From a virus (taxonomy: Duplodnaviria; Caudoviricetes), in the IMG/VR virus record IMGVR_UViG_2873180057_000001, positions 6,857 to 70,856 of that record: a DNA stretch of 64,000 nt; one strand, given 5' to 3'. Position numbers and translations under genes: made by a program. Shown here in pieces: positions 45,468 to 56,275 of this stretch (its first letter is position 1; every line of letters begins with the position of its first letter). Under the pieces are notes generated by a model. That model was not told the DNA's origin, did not search any database, and was given only the letters and a program-made list of their open reading frames with translations.

Positions 45468-47221
45468 TCACTGCGGTTCGTCGACCGGCACCCAGCGCGT
45501 CACGGTGACGGGGCGTTCCTCGACCTCGACGGCCTCGACGGTGTCGCCCCACCAGCCGTAGTCGTCCGGGCCGTGGCCGACTTCGAAATCACCTACGTCG
45601 ATGGGCGCCTCGTAGGTGACGGCGTAGGTCTTGCCGTCGTCCGGCGCCTCGAAGATCACGCGCCGCTGCTGGCTGTACTTGAGGTTCGTGACGTGCTCGT
45701 CGGCGAGGAGGACGTCGCTGTACTCGACGTCGTCGGGCTGGTCGGGCGGGATGCCGAGGGTGGCGAGCTGCTCGCGGGTGAACTGACGGGTGGCCATGGT
45801 CAACTCCATGAGTGGTGGTCGTGTTGGGCTCAGAGGCCGTGGGTGAGAATCCGGTCGAGGCGGGCGACCAGCTCGATGCGCGTGTCCTCGGGCATGTCAG
45901 GCCCGAACGCGAAGTGCAGGCGGGCGCTCGGCCGCTCGGTGGGGCCGAGGGTGACGATGTAGCCGCTGGGTTCGAGTCCGTCGGCGCCGAGGTTGATCGC
46001 CCACTCGGACACGTCGGCCGCGCCGTCCAGTAGGCGCCTGATCCCGCGCTGCGCCTCCTGGAAGTCGTGCGAGGTCAGCTGGTCCCACGTGGTTCCAGTA
46101 ACCGGCTCCGTGCCCGTCTCCGGGTCGGGGTCGACGACGGTGGATTCGATGAACGCCTGGTCCATCTGCTCGCCGATGCCCATGTAGTCGGGGTCCTCGG
46201 TGGCGGTGAGGTACTGGCGTGCGGCTTCGGTGCGGAGGTCGGCGTCGGTGTACGGGCGGTCAGGCATGGTCATCTCCTGGTCTTCCTGGTTGGCTGTGGC
46301 GAGCAGCGCCCGGCTAGACCCCGGGCGCTGCGTGCGTGCGGTCACGGGGTGGGGTGGGTACGCCGCCAGGCGTCGACGGCGGTCTCTCCGTTGCAGCGGA
46401 TGCCGGGCGCCGCGTCGGTCGCAAGCTTGAGCGCGGTCTGGAAGTCGAATCGGTGCGTGGCCAGCCACTCGTCCTCGCGCTCCGACGGCCGCAGCTCGTA
46501 GTCCCAGTTGCCGTCGCTGCCGAGACACTCCCCATGACGGATCACAGCCCACTGGTCGTCGCCGCGATAGGCGACGGTGATCGTGAACACGAGCCGGTTG
46601 ATGTCGCCCTCGGGCAGGACGGACACCTCGACCTCGGTGGTCTGGACGAAGACCTCGTGCGGGTGGGTCATGACTGCGCCTCCTCTGCTTCGGTGCGCGA
46701 CGCGTCGGCGATCGACTGCAGTTGGGCGATCAGCCGGGGCAGGTCGTCGACCGGCAGGCTCGACCCGTTGTGGTCGGTGCGGAAGTAGATGCCTGGCTTG
46801 TTGTCCGCCAGCAGTGCCGTGGCAATCAGCAGCCGGTCGCCGTCCTCGTCGGTGTGCTTGAACGCGGACTCGTGGGGCACAGCTCCGGCGGGCGGCAGGA
46901 TGGTGACGATCTCGGTGCGGGGCATGTGCTGCTCCTTCGGGTCGGGTTGGGGATCACGGGGCGGGGTGGTCATTCGTAGATGCGGCTGAAGGCGTCGGCA
47001 TTGCGGCGGGCGTGGATCTCGTCACGGGTGAGCTTCCGCATCCGGGCCCGGCTGCGGTCGTCGACCTCGAAGCGGTCGATCACCCAGATCCCGGGAGCGA
47101 GCGGCCCGGTCTGCTTCTCGATCTCGACGGGGTCGCCAACGGACAGCTCCTGGAGCATCACGTCGCCTCCCTCGAGTTCGATCTGGGTGGCGTCGATGAC
47201 GGCGTAGCGGTCGGTGGTCAT
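45468..47221 (-). CDS. five small hypothetical phage genes (45468-45797, 45830-46273, 46342-46671, 46668-46973, 46970-47221)
   Basis: Consecutive ORFs with SD sequences and overlaps, some separated by hairpins. Confidence 0.6.
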
Positions 47222-47421
47222 GTGCTGCTCCTTGATGGTGAGTTGGGTTTGTCCCGTGTTGTGCTGGTCTTGAGGTTCAAGCAAGGGCGGGAGGCGCTGT
47301 GCGGCCCTCAGAAGCTCTGAACGGGCCCGGGAGGAACTGGGGAACCCTGAGCGCCCCCGAAGCCCTCCACGGCGAACGAGGGGTGCGGGAAACGGCGCTT
47401 ATGAAGCAGAGGTAAGCGCCA

Positions 47422-48099
47422 CTACTCCCGGAGGGCCCGCGCCTCGCCCTCTCCGGGTGAGCGAAGAAGTCCGCGCTGCCGAGCGACCGCCACCGCGTCC
47501 TCCCGAGAGGACACACCGAGAAGCCGGTACAACCTGCCCGCAGTCGACGCGACCCCGCCGATCGAGAGACCCATGCGTTCGGCGACCTCGCGACGCGTGA
47601 TGTCTTCGGTGAAGAGCTCCAGCATCGTTAGGAGCGGGGGTGTTAGGTTCCGGGGCCTGCAAGCTGACACTCGGCAGGCGGCCCGGCGGCACGCCTTGCA
47701 CTGCCGACAGCCGTCTGGGGTCACATAGAGGTTGTCTCCGGCATAGGTATGCCCCTTGGGGCAGTGCGTTCGGGTGGCGTTGACCGCCCCCACGCTAGTT
47801 CCACGCAGGGTGTTCATGCGGGCAGTGACCTGCTCGAGGTGGCTCGCACGGACACACGCCCGGGTGCGGCACAGGTGATCTATCTGCAAGCCGTCCACGA
47901 GCTCGGCCGTCAACGAGTAGGCGAATCGGTGGGCGCGGTAGGACTTCGTCCGTATGGTGAAAACGCCGTAACCGTTCCGCTGGAGCTGCCCCTCCCAGAT
48001 CCAGCAGGATCCCAGCTCCGGGCGACAGATAGGCAGGGGCCCGTTCCTGTTGACCTTCTCCCAGAAGCGCTCTTCCGGGTCTCGCATCTCAGGCGGCAT
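47422..48099 (-). CDS. HNH endonuclease with C-terminal zinc finger and HTH
   Basis: RFWEKV, CWIWEG..GYG, AHRFAY, IDHLCR...CV...HLE.VT...N, THCPKGH, RQCKAC. Confidence 0.88.
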   Translation of the reverse strand: MPPEMRDPEERFWEKVNRNGPLPICRPELGSCWIWEGQLQRNGYGVFTIRTKSYRAHRFAYSLTAELVDGLQIDHLCRTRACVRASHLEQVTARMNTLRGTSVGAVNATRTHCPKGHTYAGDNLYVTPDGCRQCKACRRAACRVSACRPRNLTPPLLTMLELFTEDITRREVAERMGLSIGGVASTAGRLYRLLGVSSREDAVAVARQRGLLRSPGEGEARALRE

Positions 48100-48553
48100 C
48101 ACACTCACTCCAATCCAGGTAGTCCCCCGTGGCGATCCATCGGTCATGCAGCGCCCAGATGCCCTCCTTGCCGACGCGTTCGCCGATCGGCCGCACGGCA
48201 TCGCGCTCGATGCAAACGGTCAGCGGAACGTGCACGAGGCTGTGCATCACAATCTGGGCGTGAGGAGCCAACCGCTTGAGACGGCGGATGCCCTCCGGAT
48301 TCAGGGAGGTCCGGTCGGCCACCACATCCCGGCCCGCCGCCAACCCGGCGACCACCGCAGCCTCGAACGCCACCTGCACCGCCAGGCCCTCGCCCGAGTA
48401 CGGATCCCACGACGGCGGACACCCCGGCCACACCCGGCGCCGGACCACATCCAGCTCCACATGCACCACACCGGATCCGGCCAGACGGCGGGCCAGCGTC
48501 GACTTCCCCGAACCCGGCAGACCGCGTGGCATATGCACGCGAGGCCGCCTCAC
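48089..48553 (-). CDS. P-loop kinase (AAA_33/polynucleotide kinase-like)
   Basis: GLPGSGKSTLA, DVVAD.T, C.ERD..R. Confidence 0.8.
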   Translation of the reverse strand: MRRPRVHMPRGLPGSGKSTLARRLAGSGVVHVELDVVRRRVWPGCPPSWDPYSGEGLAVQVAFEAAVVAGLAAGRDVVADRTSLNPEGIRRLKRLAPHAQIVMHSLVHVPLTVCIERDAVRPIGERVGKEGIWALHDRWIATGDYLDWSECDAA

Positions 48554-48920
48554 AGCACACCCCCCGTCGGCACATCCACCACGACCGCGCCCTCCGGCAC
48601 CTGCACGTAGGCATCCCGGCCGATCCGCCGCAACAGCTCGCCCGCCGACAACTCCGCCTCCGACAGCGGCCCCTCGACGTCCAGCCACAGCGGGTCACAC
48701 ACCGCATCCACCTGCAGCCGGGCATCAACGTGCGACATCACGCGGCCTCCCCGTCGTCGGACTGGGCGCTCCAGCCACAGGTCCAGATCGCGGTACAGGT
48801 GGGGCACTTGTAGGTGGCGAGGACGCCGCCGTTGCCGTCAGGCGCGACGGACGTCGGGGCTATGGGGATGCTGCTCTCGGTGAGGCAGCGGTCGCAGTTG
48901 TCGAGGTAGCGCGTACTCAC
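48550..48920 (-). CDS. two small ORFs (48550-48738; 48738-48920 zinc ribbon)
   Basis: CDRC...YKCPTC in the upstream ORF; coupled overlaps. Confidence 0.55.
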
Positions 48921-48945
48921 GGGCGTGTCCTTTCGAGGCAGGTGG

Positions 48946-50301
48946 TCAGGTCTGGGCCATATCGACGAATCGGGCAAAGTGCCCCTGAAAAGCGACGGTG
49001 ATCGTCGCGGTGGGGCCGTTGCGGTGCTTGGCGACGATGAAGTCGGCCTCGCCGGCCCGCGGCGATTCCCTCTCGTAGGCGTCTTCGCGGTGCAGGAGGA
49101 TCGCGATGTCGGCGTCCTGCTCGAGGGATCCGGATTCGCGGAGGTCGGCGAGCATCGGCTTCTTGTCCTGGCGCTGTTCGGGTCCGCGGTTGAGCTGAGA
49201 GAGGGCGACGACGGGGATCTCGAGGTCCATGGCGAGCTTCTTGAGGCCGCGGCTGATCCGGCTGACTTCCTGCTGTCGGTTGTCGTTGCGACCCATGGAT
49301 TCGCCGCTCATCAGCTGCAGGTAGTCGATGACGACGAGGCCGAGTCCGCGCTGGCGCTGGATGCGGCGGCAGTGTGCGCGGATCTTGGCGAGGGTGATGC
49401 CGGTGTCGGCGACGATATGCAGCGGTGAGGACTGCATGTCCTTGCCCGCGGTGGCGAGGTCCAGGAGCTTGGCGTCTTCGAGGGGGCCCTTGGTCTTCAT
49501 CCAGTGCAGCGGGTAGCTGGCCTGCGCGGACAGGAACCGTTTCTGGAGTTCTTTGCGGCCCATCTCGAGGGAGAAGAACAGGGTCGGAATGTCGTTGCGG
49601 ATGGCGGCGTAGCGGGCGAAGTCGCTGGCGAGGACGGACTTGCCCATGGCGGGACGCGCCGCGATGATCACGAACTGGCCCGCTTGGAGCCCGCCGGTGA
49701 GGGCGTCGAAGTCGAGGAAGCCGGTAAGGAGGCCGACCTTGGGGCCGTTCTCGCGGATGTCGACGACTTCGGCGACGGTGTCCATGATGTCCACGCCGAT
49801 GGACAGGTCGGTGTCGCCGGTGTCGGTGAGCGTGCTCAGGCCCTCGAGGGTGTCGTAGGCGCCCTGGATGATCTCGTCGGGGCTGTGTTCGCGGCGGTGG
49901 ACGCTCTGCGTCATGCCGATGCCAGCGAAGAGGATCTTCCGGAGGACGGCTTTCTCACGGACGATCTCGGCGTGCGCGCGGGTGCCGCCGACGCTGTTGT
50001 AGGCGTTGGGGAGATCGAAGACGTAGATCCTGCCGCCGCACCGTTCGAGGTCACCGGCCTTCTCGAGCCGGTCGCTGAGGGAGATCGGGTCGTGCGCGGC
50101 GCCTTCGGTGTGGAGCTCGACGAGAGCGCGGTAGATCGTCTCGTGCTGGGGGCGGTAGAAATGTTTGGGCTCGACGACTTCGACGGCTTCGTCGATCGCG
50201 TTACTGGATTGGATCATGGCGCTGAGCAGGGCGCGCTCGGCGGCAAGATCGAACGGCGGCAGCTTCTCGCCGTCAGCAGGGTCCTCGTCGTAGTCGTTCA
50301 T
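48946..50301 (-). CDS. dnaB: replicative DNA helicase
   Basis: AARPAMGKS, FSLEM, IDYLQLM, LSQLNR, DLRESGSLEQDAD, AKHRNGPT. Confidence 0.96.
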   Translation of the reverse strand: MNDYDEDPADGEKLPPFDLAAERALLSAMIQSSNAIDEAVEVVEPKHFYRPQHETIYRALVELHTEGAAHDPISLSDRLEKAGDLERCGGRIYVFDLPNAYNSVGGTRAHAEIVREKAVLRKILFAGIGMTQSVHRREHSPDEIIQGAYDTLEGLSTLTDTGDTDLSIGVDIMDTVAEVVDIRENGPKVGLLTGFLDFDALTGGLQAGQFVIIAARPAMGKSVLASDFARYAAIRNDIPTLFFSLEMGRKELQKRFLSAQASYPLHWMKTKGPLEDAKLLDLATAGKDMQSSPLHIVADTGITLAKIRAHCRRIQRQRGLGLVVIDYLQLMSGESMGRNDNRQQEVSRISRGLKKLAMDLEIPVVALSQLNRGPEQRQDKKPMLADLRESGSLEQDADIAILLHREDAYERESPRAGEADFIVAKHRNGPTATITVAFQGHFARFVDMAQT

Positions 50302-50882
50302 GCGTTCTTCCTGAAGTCGGCGCCGGTGAAGGGCACGAACATGGAGCCGCCATCGGCGAAGCGGGACTGGGTGCGGGCGCCGAGCGGTTCGAGCGTCGGC
50401 AGGTTGGTGGAGATCAGCGTGGGCAGCTGGTTCTGCCAGCGGATGTCGATGACCTGGGCGATGGCGTCGACGGTCCACGGGTACAGCTGGGTGGCGCCGA
50501 GGTCGTCCAGGGCGAGCAGGTCCGCGTCGCGCCAGGCCTGCAGCTTGTCGAGATCGACAGGCCGGTCGGCGGCGGCTTTGAACTCGAAGTCGGAGACGAG
50601 GTAGTAGCGGCCGAACCAGCCACGGCGGATCAGCAGTTCGCCGATCTTCCACAGGTGCCAGGTCTTGCCGGTGCCGGGTTCGCCGAGCAGCAGCAGCGAG
50701 GCGCGGGAGCCGGCGAGGAAGCCGCTGATCCACTGGTCGACTTCCGGGCGGACCTCGCCGCCGACGGCGAATGCCCTGGGGCGGCGGGCGAGGTAGCGGT
50801 CGAGGGTCTGGGTGCGGATCTCGGCGCGCGCTGCGGCGCGTTCGGCGTCGTAGCGGGCACGCCGGTCGGCGGCGTTGGTCAT
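50298..50882 (-). CDS. DnaC/IstB-like helicase loader ATPase
   Basis: GEPGTGKT, LALDDLG, R.....PTLISTNL. Confidence 0.88.
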   Translation of the reverse strand: MTNAADRRARYDAERAAARAEIRTQTLDRYLARRPRAFAVGGEVRPEVDQWISGFLAGSRASLLLLGEPGTGKTWHLWKIGELLIRRGWFGRYYLVSDFEFKAAADRPVDLDKLQAWRDADLLALDDLGATQLYPWTVDAIAQVIDIRWQNQLPTLISTNLPTLEPLGARTQSRFADGGSMFVPFTGADFRKNA

Positions 50883-51838
50883 CCGAAGGGCCTCGCGTTC
50901 TTGTAGTCCTCGGTGGACGGCTGGGGTGCACCGGCGCCGGTGGCGGGGTGCGGGCGGTTGGGGCCTCCGGCGCCTGGCACGGAGCGGAGGTGGGGCCGGC
51001 CGCCGGCAGGGGTCTGAGGTTCGGGGTGGAGCTTTTCCCAGCGGCCGATCCAGGCGGTGACGCTGTCGGGCTCGCCGCGTGCGTGGGCGGCGTTGGCGGC
51101 GGAGCGGACCATGAGGTCGATTCCGAGGCGGTCGACCTGGATGCGGATGCGTTCCCAGTCGCTGTGCTTCTTGATGTCCCAGGCGACTGCTCCGAGGCCT
51201 GCTGTGGCGAGCGCTGCGGCGAGCGGCTGGAGTTTGTCGGGGAATCCGTCGGTGCGTGCTGCCTTGCCAGCAGCAGTACCTACGTAAGTAGGTACTGCTG
51301 GGGCGGGCTGGGACGCGCGCGCGCGTGTAGTCTCCGAGGAGTCCCCGGGGGACACAGCGTTTTGAGCTGGGTTTTTACCTGAAACTGGCGAAGAAAAACT
51401 GCCGAAAAACTTCTCTTTTTCTTCAGTTTTTCGCGCGGAATCCGAGCGTTTTTCTCCCCCGTTTCCCGGAGGAGGGCCTCCGGAAGGGCCTCCTCCGGCC
51501 CGCTGCTGACGCTTCTTCTCGGCCTCCCGCTCACGCTCGGCGAGGACCTTGGAGCGGCTCGGGTTGTAGAGCAGATAGTCGTGCATCACGTAGTCGCCGG
51601 GCCGCGGCTGCGGGCACTTCCGGCAGCCATGGCCCTGCTCGTGCCACAGGCCGACCTTCACCAGCTTGGCGATCTGCGTTTCGGTGCCATCAGCCGCGGT
51701 CTCGGCCGGGATGATCCCGTCGGTGAGATAGGCGGCCGCGTAGGAGCCACACATCACCCACAAGCCCACGGCGGCCTTGCCCGCACGACGCATCTTGGGA
51801 TGCGCGTGAGCGCTGTCATCGACCTTGAACCATGGCAT
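50879..51838 (-). CDS. replication initiator protein
   Basis: MPWFKVDD....HPK, GLW, TDG, LVKVGLW, HDYL.YNP; upstream of loader and helicase. Confidence 0.75.
   Translation of the reverse strand: MPWFKVDDSAHAHPKMRRAGKAAVGLWVMCGSYAAAYLTDGIIPAETAADGTETQIAKLVKVGLWHEQGHGCRKCPQPRPGDYVMHDYLLYNPSRSKVLAEREREAEKKRQQRAGGGPSGGPPPGNGGEKRSDSARKTEEKEKFFGSFSSPVSGKNPAQNAVSPGDSSETTRARASQPAPAVPTYVGTAAGKAARTDGFPDKLQPLAAALATAGLGAVAWDIKKHSDWERIRIQVDRLGIDLMVRSAANAAHARGEPDSVTAWIGRWEKLHPEPQTPAGGRPHLRSVPGAGGPNRPHPATGAGAPQPSTEDYKNARPFG
51271..51498. other. putative replication origin inside initiator gene
   Basis: Perfect 13-bp inverted repeat at 51271-51300, A/T tracts at about 51359-51453, second imperfect inverted repeat at 51466-51498. 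Confidence 0.55.
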
Positions 51839-51920
51839 CGAGAGCTTCTTCCTGGCGTTGCGGATGGGGGCTTTGGGTGGCGGCCGGGTCAGGGTCCGGC
51901 GCGGGCCGGGTGGCGGGCGC

Positions 51921-52400
51921 TCACGCGGCGGCCTTGAGACGGCGGCGGGCGCGTTTGACTGTCTTGGGGTGGCAGCGGAGCCGGGCGGCGATGAGGGTGA
52001 CGCTGAGCCCGCCGTCGGTGAGCTGCCGGACGGCTTCGGTGCGTTCGCGCGGGGTGAGGCGCTGGGGTGGGTCGCCGTGGACGGCGCGGAGGATGGCGAC
52101 CGTGTCGGGTTGGGCGGGCATCGGGTTGCGGTCGCGCCAGCGTTTGGCCTTGGCGCGGCGGCATTGGGTGCAGTAGTGCCAGCCGTTGCTGTCGGTGCGC
52201 AGGTTGTCGGGGTAGGAGTGGCCGTTGCGGCACTGGGTGTTGTCGGCGGTGGTGTGGGGTGGAGGCGGGGTGTAGCCACGGCGGTAGCGGGCGATGGTGA
52301 CGCGGGAGATGCCGGTGATTCGGTGGATGCTGCTGTCGCTGTGTCCGGCCGCGGCGAGGGCGAGGATCTGCTGCCGCGCGGCGTCGGTGATCTTGTTCAT
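51921..52400 (-). CDS. HTH/zinc-finger protein
   Basis: N- and C-terminal HTH; CRNGH...CTQC. Confidence 0.7.
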   Translation of the reverse strand: MNKITDAARQQILALAAAGHSDSSIHRITGISRVTIARYRRGYTPPPPHTTADNTQCRNGHSYPDNLRTDSNGWHYCTQCRRAKAKRWRDRNPMPAQPDTVAILRAVHGDPPQRLTPRERTEAVRQLTDGGLSVTLIAARLRCHPKTVKRARRRLKAAA

Positions 52401-53209
52401 GCGGCTGCCGCCAGTTCTTCGGCCTTGCGTCGTGCGCGGACGACGGTGCGTTTGTGGCAGCCGAGCCGCTCGGCGATCTGGGCGGCGCTGAGCCCTTCGC
52501 CGGCGAGGTGGACGACGCGGCGGGGGTCGACGTCGGGCCGCGCCAGGCCGGGCCGTTCGCGTCCGGTCGCGGTCTCGGGCTTGCAGTCCGGGTTGTCGAT
52601 GTCGTCCCAGGCGAGCGGTCCGTGCCAGCCTTCGTTGCGGGCTCGGCGGATGGTGTGGGGGTTGTCGCTCCGGAAGGTCGACAGGTGCCGGTATACCTGG
52701 GTGATCTTGTCGGCGGTGGCGGAGTCGATCGTCGGGCGGGTTCCGGTGATGATGCGGCCGAGGCGCCATCGGCTCACCCCGGTCTGTGCGCCGATGGCGT
52801 CGAGGGTGTGCCCCAGGCAGGCGAGGGCGCGCAGCCGGCGGACGCTGCCGGCGGAGTCGACGACGTCAGGGTCGGGCGGCGGTGGCCCGATCGGGATGCC
52901 GAGGACTGCTGCGGCCCGGTCGCGGCGGATCAGGGGCTTGCCGTTGAGGACGCAGCGGACGGTGGACATGGACACGCCGCTGGCCTCGGAGATCTGGCGG
53001 ACGGTCCAGTCGTTGGCGAGGAGCCGCTGGAGGTGCTCGAAGGCGGGTGCGGCGTCGCGGAGCCGGTGGACGCCACGGCTGTGGTCGAGCCGGAGGGCGC
53101 ACATGTACCGGTAGTTGGCGAGTTCGCAGTCCGGGCTGGTGCATCCCTGCATGTAGCAGGCCCGGGACGGGGTGTGGTCGGCGTGCGCGGCTTCGATGCG
53201 GTGCATCAC
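52397..53209 (-). CDS. multi-HTH DNA-binding protein
   Basis: CYMQGC...C, three HTH-like segments, RRLRALA..G, PLAWDDID. Confidence 0.75.
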   Translation of the reverse strand: MMHRIEAAHADHTPSRACYMQGCTSPDCELANYRYMCALRLDHSRGVHRLRDAAPAFEHLQRLLANDWTVRQISEASGVSMSTVRCVLNGKPLIRRDRAAAVLGIPIGPPPPDPDVVDSAGSVRRLRALACLGHTLDAIGAQTGVSRWRLGRIITGTRPTIDSATADKITQVYRHLSTFRSDNPHTIRRARNEGWHGPLAWDDIDNPDCKPETATGRERPGLARPDVDPRRVVHLAGEGLSAAQIAERLGCHKRTVVRARRKAEELAAAA

Positions 53210-53294
53210 GTCCGCCTCCCGCGGGTGTGGGTGACGGCGGTGGTGACGGCGGTGATGCCGAGGAGGAGGACTGTGAGGGCGGCGAGGAGCAGCA

Positions 53295-54438
53295 TCAGGC
53301 GGCCCTCCGCTGCTGTGCGCGGGCGTTGCGGCGCTGGCGTGCGATGCGCCTTCCGTCGGCGGTCAGGCGCCACACGGCGATCACATGGGCGTGGGTGCTG
53401 GGGCTGGTCGAGGGCACGTACTGCCCGGTGCGTTCGATGATTCCGCCGGTGCGCAGCGAGTTGATGGCGGCGCCGAGGAAGCCTCGCCCGAGGTCGGGAA
53501 GGACTTCCCGGATCTGGTTGCACGACCATTCGGCGTGGGTCTCGCCGAAGTGGAGGACGGCCTGCTCGACCAGGAACCGGTCCCATTCGGAGTGGCTGGC
53601 GATGTCGTCGAGGAGGGCGTCCTTCTCGGTGGACGCCAGACGCTCGGCGACAGTCAGAGTTCGGGTCACGACAGGGCTCCGATCTGCTCGAGCAGCGGGG
53701 TGGAGTCGAGGCGGCCGTCTTCGTCCTCGAGGGCGGACAAGCTGTGGCAGCGGGCGCACAGCCGGATCTCCTTGAACTCGGCCCAGCCGTCTGGGACCCA
53801 CGAGAACGGGAACAGCGGGCGGGTCTGGCGGCAGCGTCCGCACGGCCCGGATGGCGGAGGTGTCGGCTTGCTCGCCTCGGCCTGCTCGCGGGCGAGTTCG
53901 GCGACGGTGACGGCGAGCCGGTTGAGCATGCCGACGTGGTGGGCGGCGTGGCCGACGCACGAGTGGCACCAGTCGAGACCGGTCGGGGGCTGCTCGGGCA
54001 TCGGGTCGAGGATGATGGGCGGGGACTGGGTGACGCCCCAGCCCGGCGCCCCGCACAGGCCCTGCTGGCCCGCGAACTTGCCGTCCTCGCGCATGACGTG
54101 CAGGCGGCGGACCTGCTTGGCGCGGCGGCCGGTGGCGGCGTTGTAGCCGCGGTAGAAAGCCCTCACGACGCCCTCCGGTCTGCCTCGACGTAGCACTCGC
54201 ATTCGCCGATGGCTCGGCAGGTGCAGATGTGCTCGTTCAGCGGCGTGCCCGTGTCGGCGTGGAGCCGGTACGTGTCGAGCAGGCCGTCGATGACGTGCCA
54301 GGCGACGGGGTCGGCCTTCTCCCGCTGGTCGCGGAGCCAGTGGTCGAACGTGTCGCTACGGCGCGGAAGCGGAGTGGTGTCGTGGCTGAGGCCGCGGTGA
54401 AGGATGGCGTTGAGCCAGCGGCGGAGCGTGGTCGTCAT
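53295..54438 (-). CDS. three hypothetical genes (53295-53669, 53666-54166, 54163-54438)
   Basis: 4-nt overlaps; Cys/His clusters in two of them. Confidence 0.6.
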
Positions 54439-54515
54439 GGCGGTGTCCTTCCGGGTGGGATGCTGGGTGGGGAGCCGCCCGCGCTAGGCCCGCGGGCGGC
54501 TCAGGCGTGTGCGGG

Positions 54516-55325
54516 CTAGTCGACGAGTTCGGCTTCGACCGGGCCCTCTTCCGCGGGGTCGTAGTCGTCGAGCGCGTTGGCCGTCGGCGGCAGGGGCGGG
54601 GCGTCAGTGAGGCTCGGCGGCTCGGAGGCGACTTCGGCCTGGGCGCGGAGTTGCTCGCGCATGTACTCGGCGGAGGTCGGAACCCACTTGGCGAGCTGCC
54701 GGACCGCGGACTTGAGCCACATGGATTCCTCGTTGGTGTTCCACGGGCTGTACTCGGAGTTCTTGGAGTCCGACTTGGCCTTGATCTCCATGACGCGGGT
54801 CCGGTTGAGGACAACGACCTTGGAGACGGCGCCGTCCTTCATGACGGCGTAGGCGTACACGCCGACGAGGGGGCCTCGGTCGGCGCCGAACCAGTCGATT
54901 TCGTGGACGGGCTTGGCGTCGCGGCCGGGCACGTAGCGGAAGGTGTCGTTGGCGCGGACCGACTCGACGATGACCGTGGAGGCGGCACCGGCCCGGTAGA
55001 TGAGCTCGACGATCCCCTGATAGCCGACGATCCCCTGGATGACCTTGCGGCCGCCCTTCTTGCGGGGGGTGAGGTAGAACTGCTCGGTTCCGGGCTCCAG
55101 TCCGAGGCGGGCCGCGGTCTTCAGCTCGCGCAGGAAGACACCGACGTCGTTCGCGGCGGCCTGCTCAAGGTCCTTGTTGCCGCGGATGGCGCCGACGGCA
55201 AGTCGGATCCACTGGTCGGCGTTGACGTGGGAGGGGACCAGGGCGGCGTACTCGCCGCGGTAGGTCTCGATCTGGGCAGCGGGGCCTTGGTCGCGGGTGG
55301 CAATGGCGTTGCTGATCTGGTTCAC
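54516..55325 (-). CDS. recT: RecT-family single-strand annealing protein
   Basis: ARLGLEPG...YL.P, IVGYQG.VEL.YR, SPW......MW.K...R.L.KW.P.SAE. Confidence 0.9.
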   Translation of the reverse strand: MNQISNAIATRDQGPAAQIETYRGEYAALVPSHVNADQWIRLAVGAIRGNKDLEQAAANDVGVFLRELKTAARLGLEPGTEQFYLTPRKKGGRKVIQGIVGYQGIVELIYRAGAASTVIVESVRANDTFRYVPGRDAKPVHEIDWFGADRGPLVGVYAYAVMKDGAVSKVVVLNRTRVMEIKAKSDSKNSEYSPWNTNEESMWLKSAVRQLAKWVPTSAEYMREQLRAQAEVASEPPSLTDAPPLPPTANALDDYDPAEEGPVEAELVD

Positions 55326-56275
55326 GCGGCTTCCTTCTGCTTGTAGGGGTTGAGGGAGCGGGTGGTGCCGTCCGGGCGGGCGGTGCGGTAGGCGATGCGG
55401 CGTTCGCCGACGACGGCGCGCCGTCCGGTGCCGATGTGGTCGAGGACGACGCCCTTGGCGGTGGTGAGCTCTTCTGCGGCGGCCTTGGCGGCGGTCTGCG
55501 CGGTCTCGTACCGGGCGGCGTCGGCGGCGGGGATCTGCACGTCGATGTCGTCGTAGTGGTCGGGCTGGACGCGGATGGTCTGGTAGGTGTCGTCGGCGCC
55601 GTCGATCGGCGGGCGGTTGCCGTGCTCGACGTCGTGGAGGAAGGTCTCCGCGGCGTCGCGGAGCATCCGGGCCTCGGCTTCGTCGTAGTCGACGGTGTAT
55701 TCGCGGTAGTCGAAGCCGGAGATGAGGACGGCGAAGCGGGTGCGGCGCAGGCCGGTGACGTCCATCTGCCACATGGCCTGGCAGCGGTACCAGATGGGCA
55801 CGCCGTCGTCGGTGCCGTCCGGACCCCATTCGTCGCCGAACGGGCTGGTCTTCACCTCCAGGAGCTCCTCGGCGTGCTCGGGGATGTCGAACTCGCCTGC
55901 GGGCTGGCGGTAGATGAGCCGGTCGGGAGTGGCGCGCTGCCAGTCGCGAGTGCGGTGCCGCCACGTCCCGGCCGGGGCGGTGATGTAGCCGGGGTGTTCG
56001 TCCTGCCACTTCGCGGCGACCGCGTCCTCGAGTCGGATGCCCCACTCGATCGCCGGTGTCCGCTCGAACGGGGCGACGGACAGGCCGGACTTCTTGTGCC
56101 AGAGCGTGAACCGCGACATCCACGGCGACAGGCCGACGACTGCGGCGATCTCGGTGGCGGTGATCGTGAGGCCGGTGCGGGCCTCGTCCCACTCCGGTGT
56201 GCCGGGCGTGAGGTGCCCGATCAGGACCCCGTCAGGCACGTGATTCGGGTGGCTTGTGGTGCTTTCAGTGCTCAT
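55322..56275 (-). CDS. YqaJ-like viral recombinase exonuclease (RecE partner)
   Basis: W...R..L.I.A.E...V.GLSPW, G..LE, ATPDR, LEVKT, Y..Q..WQM.V.G. Confidence 0.9.
   Translation of the reverse strand: MSTESTTSHPNHVPDGVLIGHLTPGTPEWDEARTGLTITATEIAAVVGLSPWMSRFTLWHKKSGLSVAPFERTPAIEWGIRLEDAVAAKWQDEHPGYITAPAGTWRHRTRDWQRATPDRLIYRQPAGEFDIPEHAEELLEVKTSPFGDEWGPDGTDDGVPIWYRCQAMWQMDVTGLRRTRFAVLISGFDYREYTVDYDEAEARMLRDAAETFLHDVEHGNRPPIDGADDTYQTIRVQPDHYDDIDVQIPAADAARYETAQTAAKAAAEELTTAKGVVLDHIGTGRRAVVGERRIAYRTARPDGTTRSLNPYKQKEAA

Noticed and set aside
48946-50931. ORF-track N-terminal extensions (DnaB 661 aa, TraB 793 aa, RecT 558 aa, MuF 547 aa, initiator 466 aa)
   Set aside because: Extensions overlap upstream genes and are R/P-rich noise; internal starts with SD or coupling were used instead.
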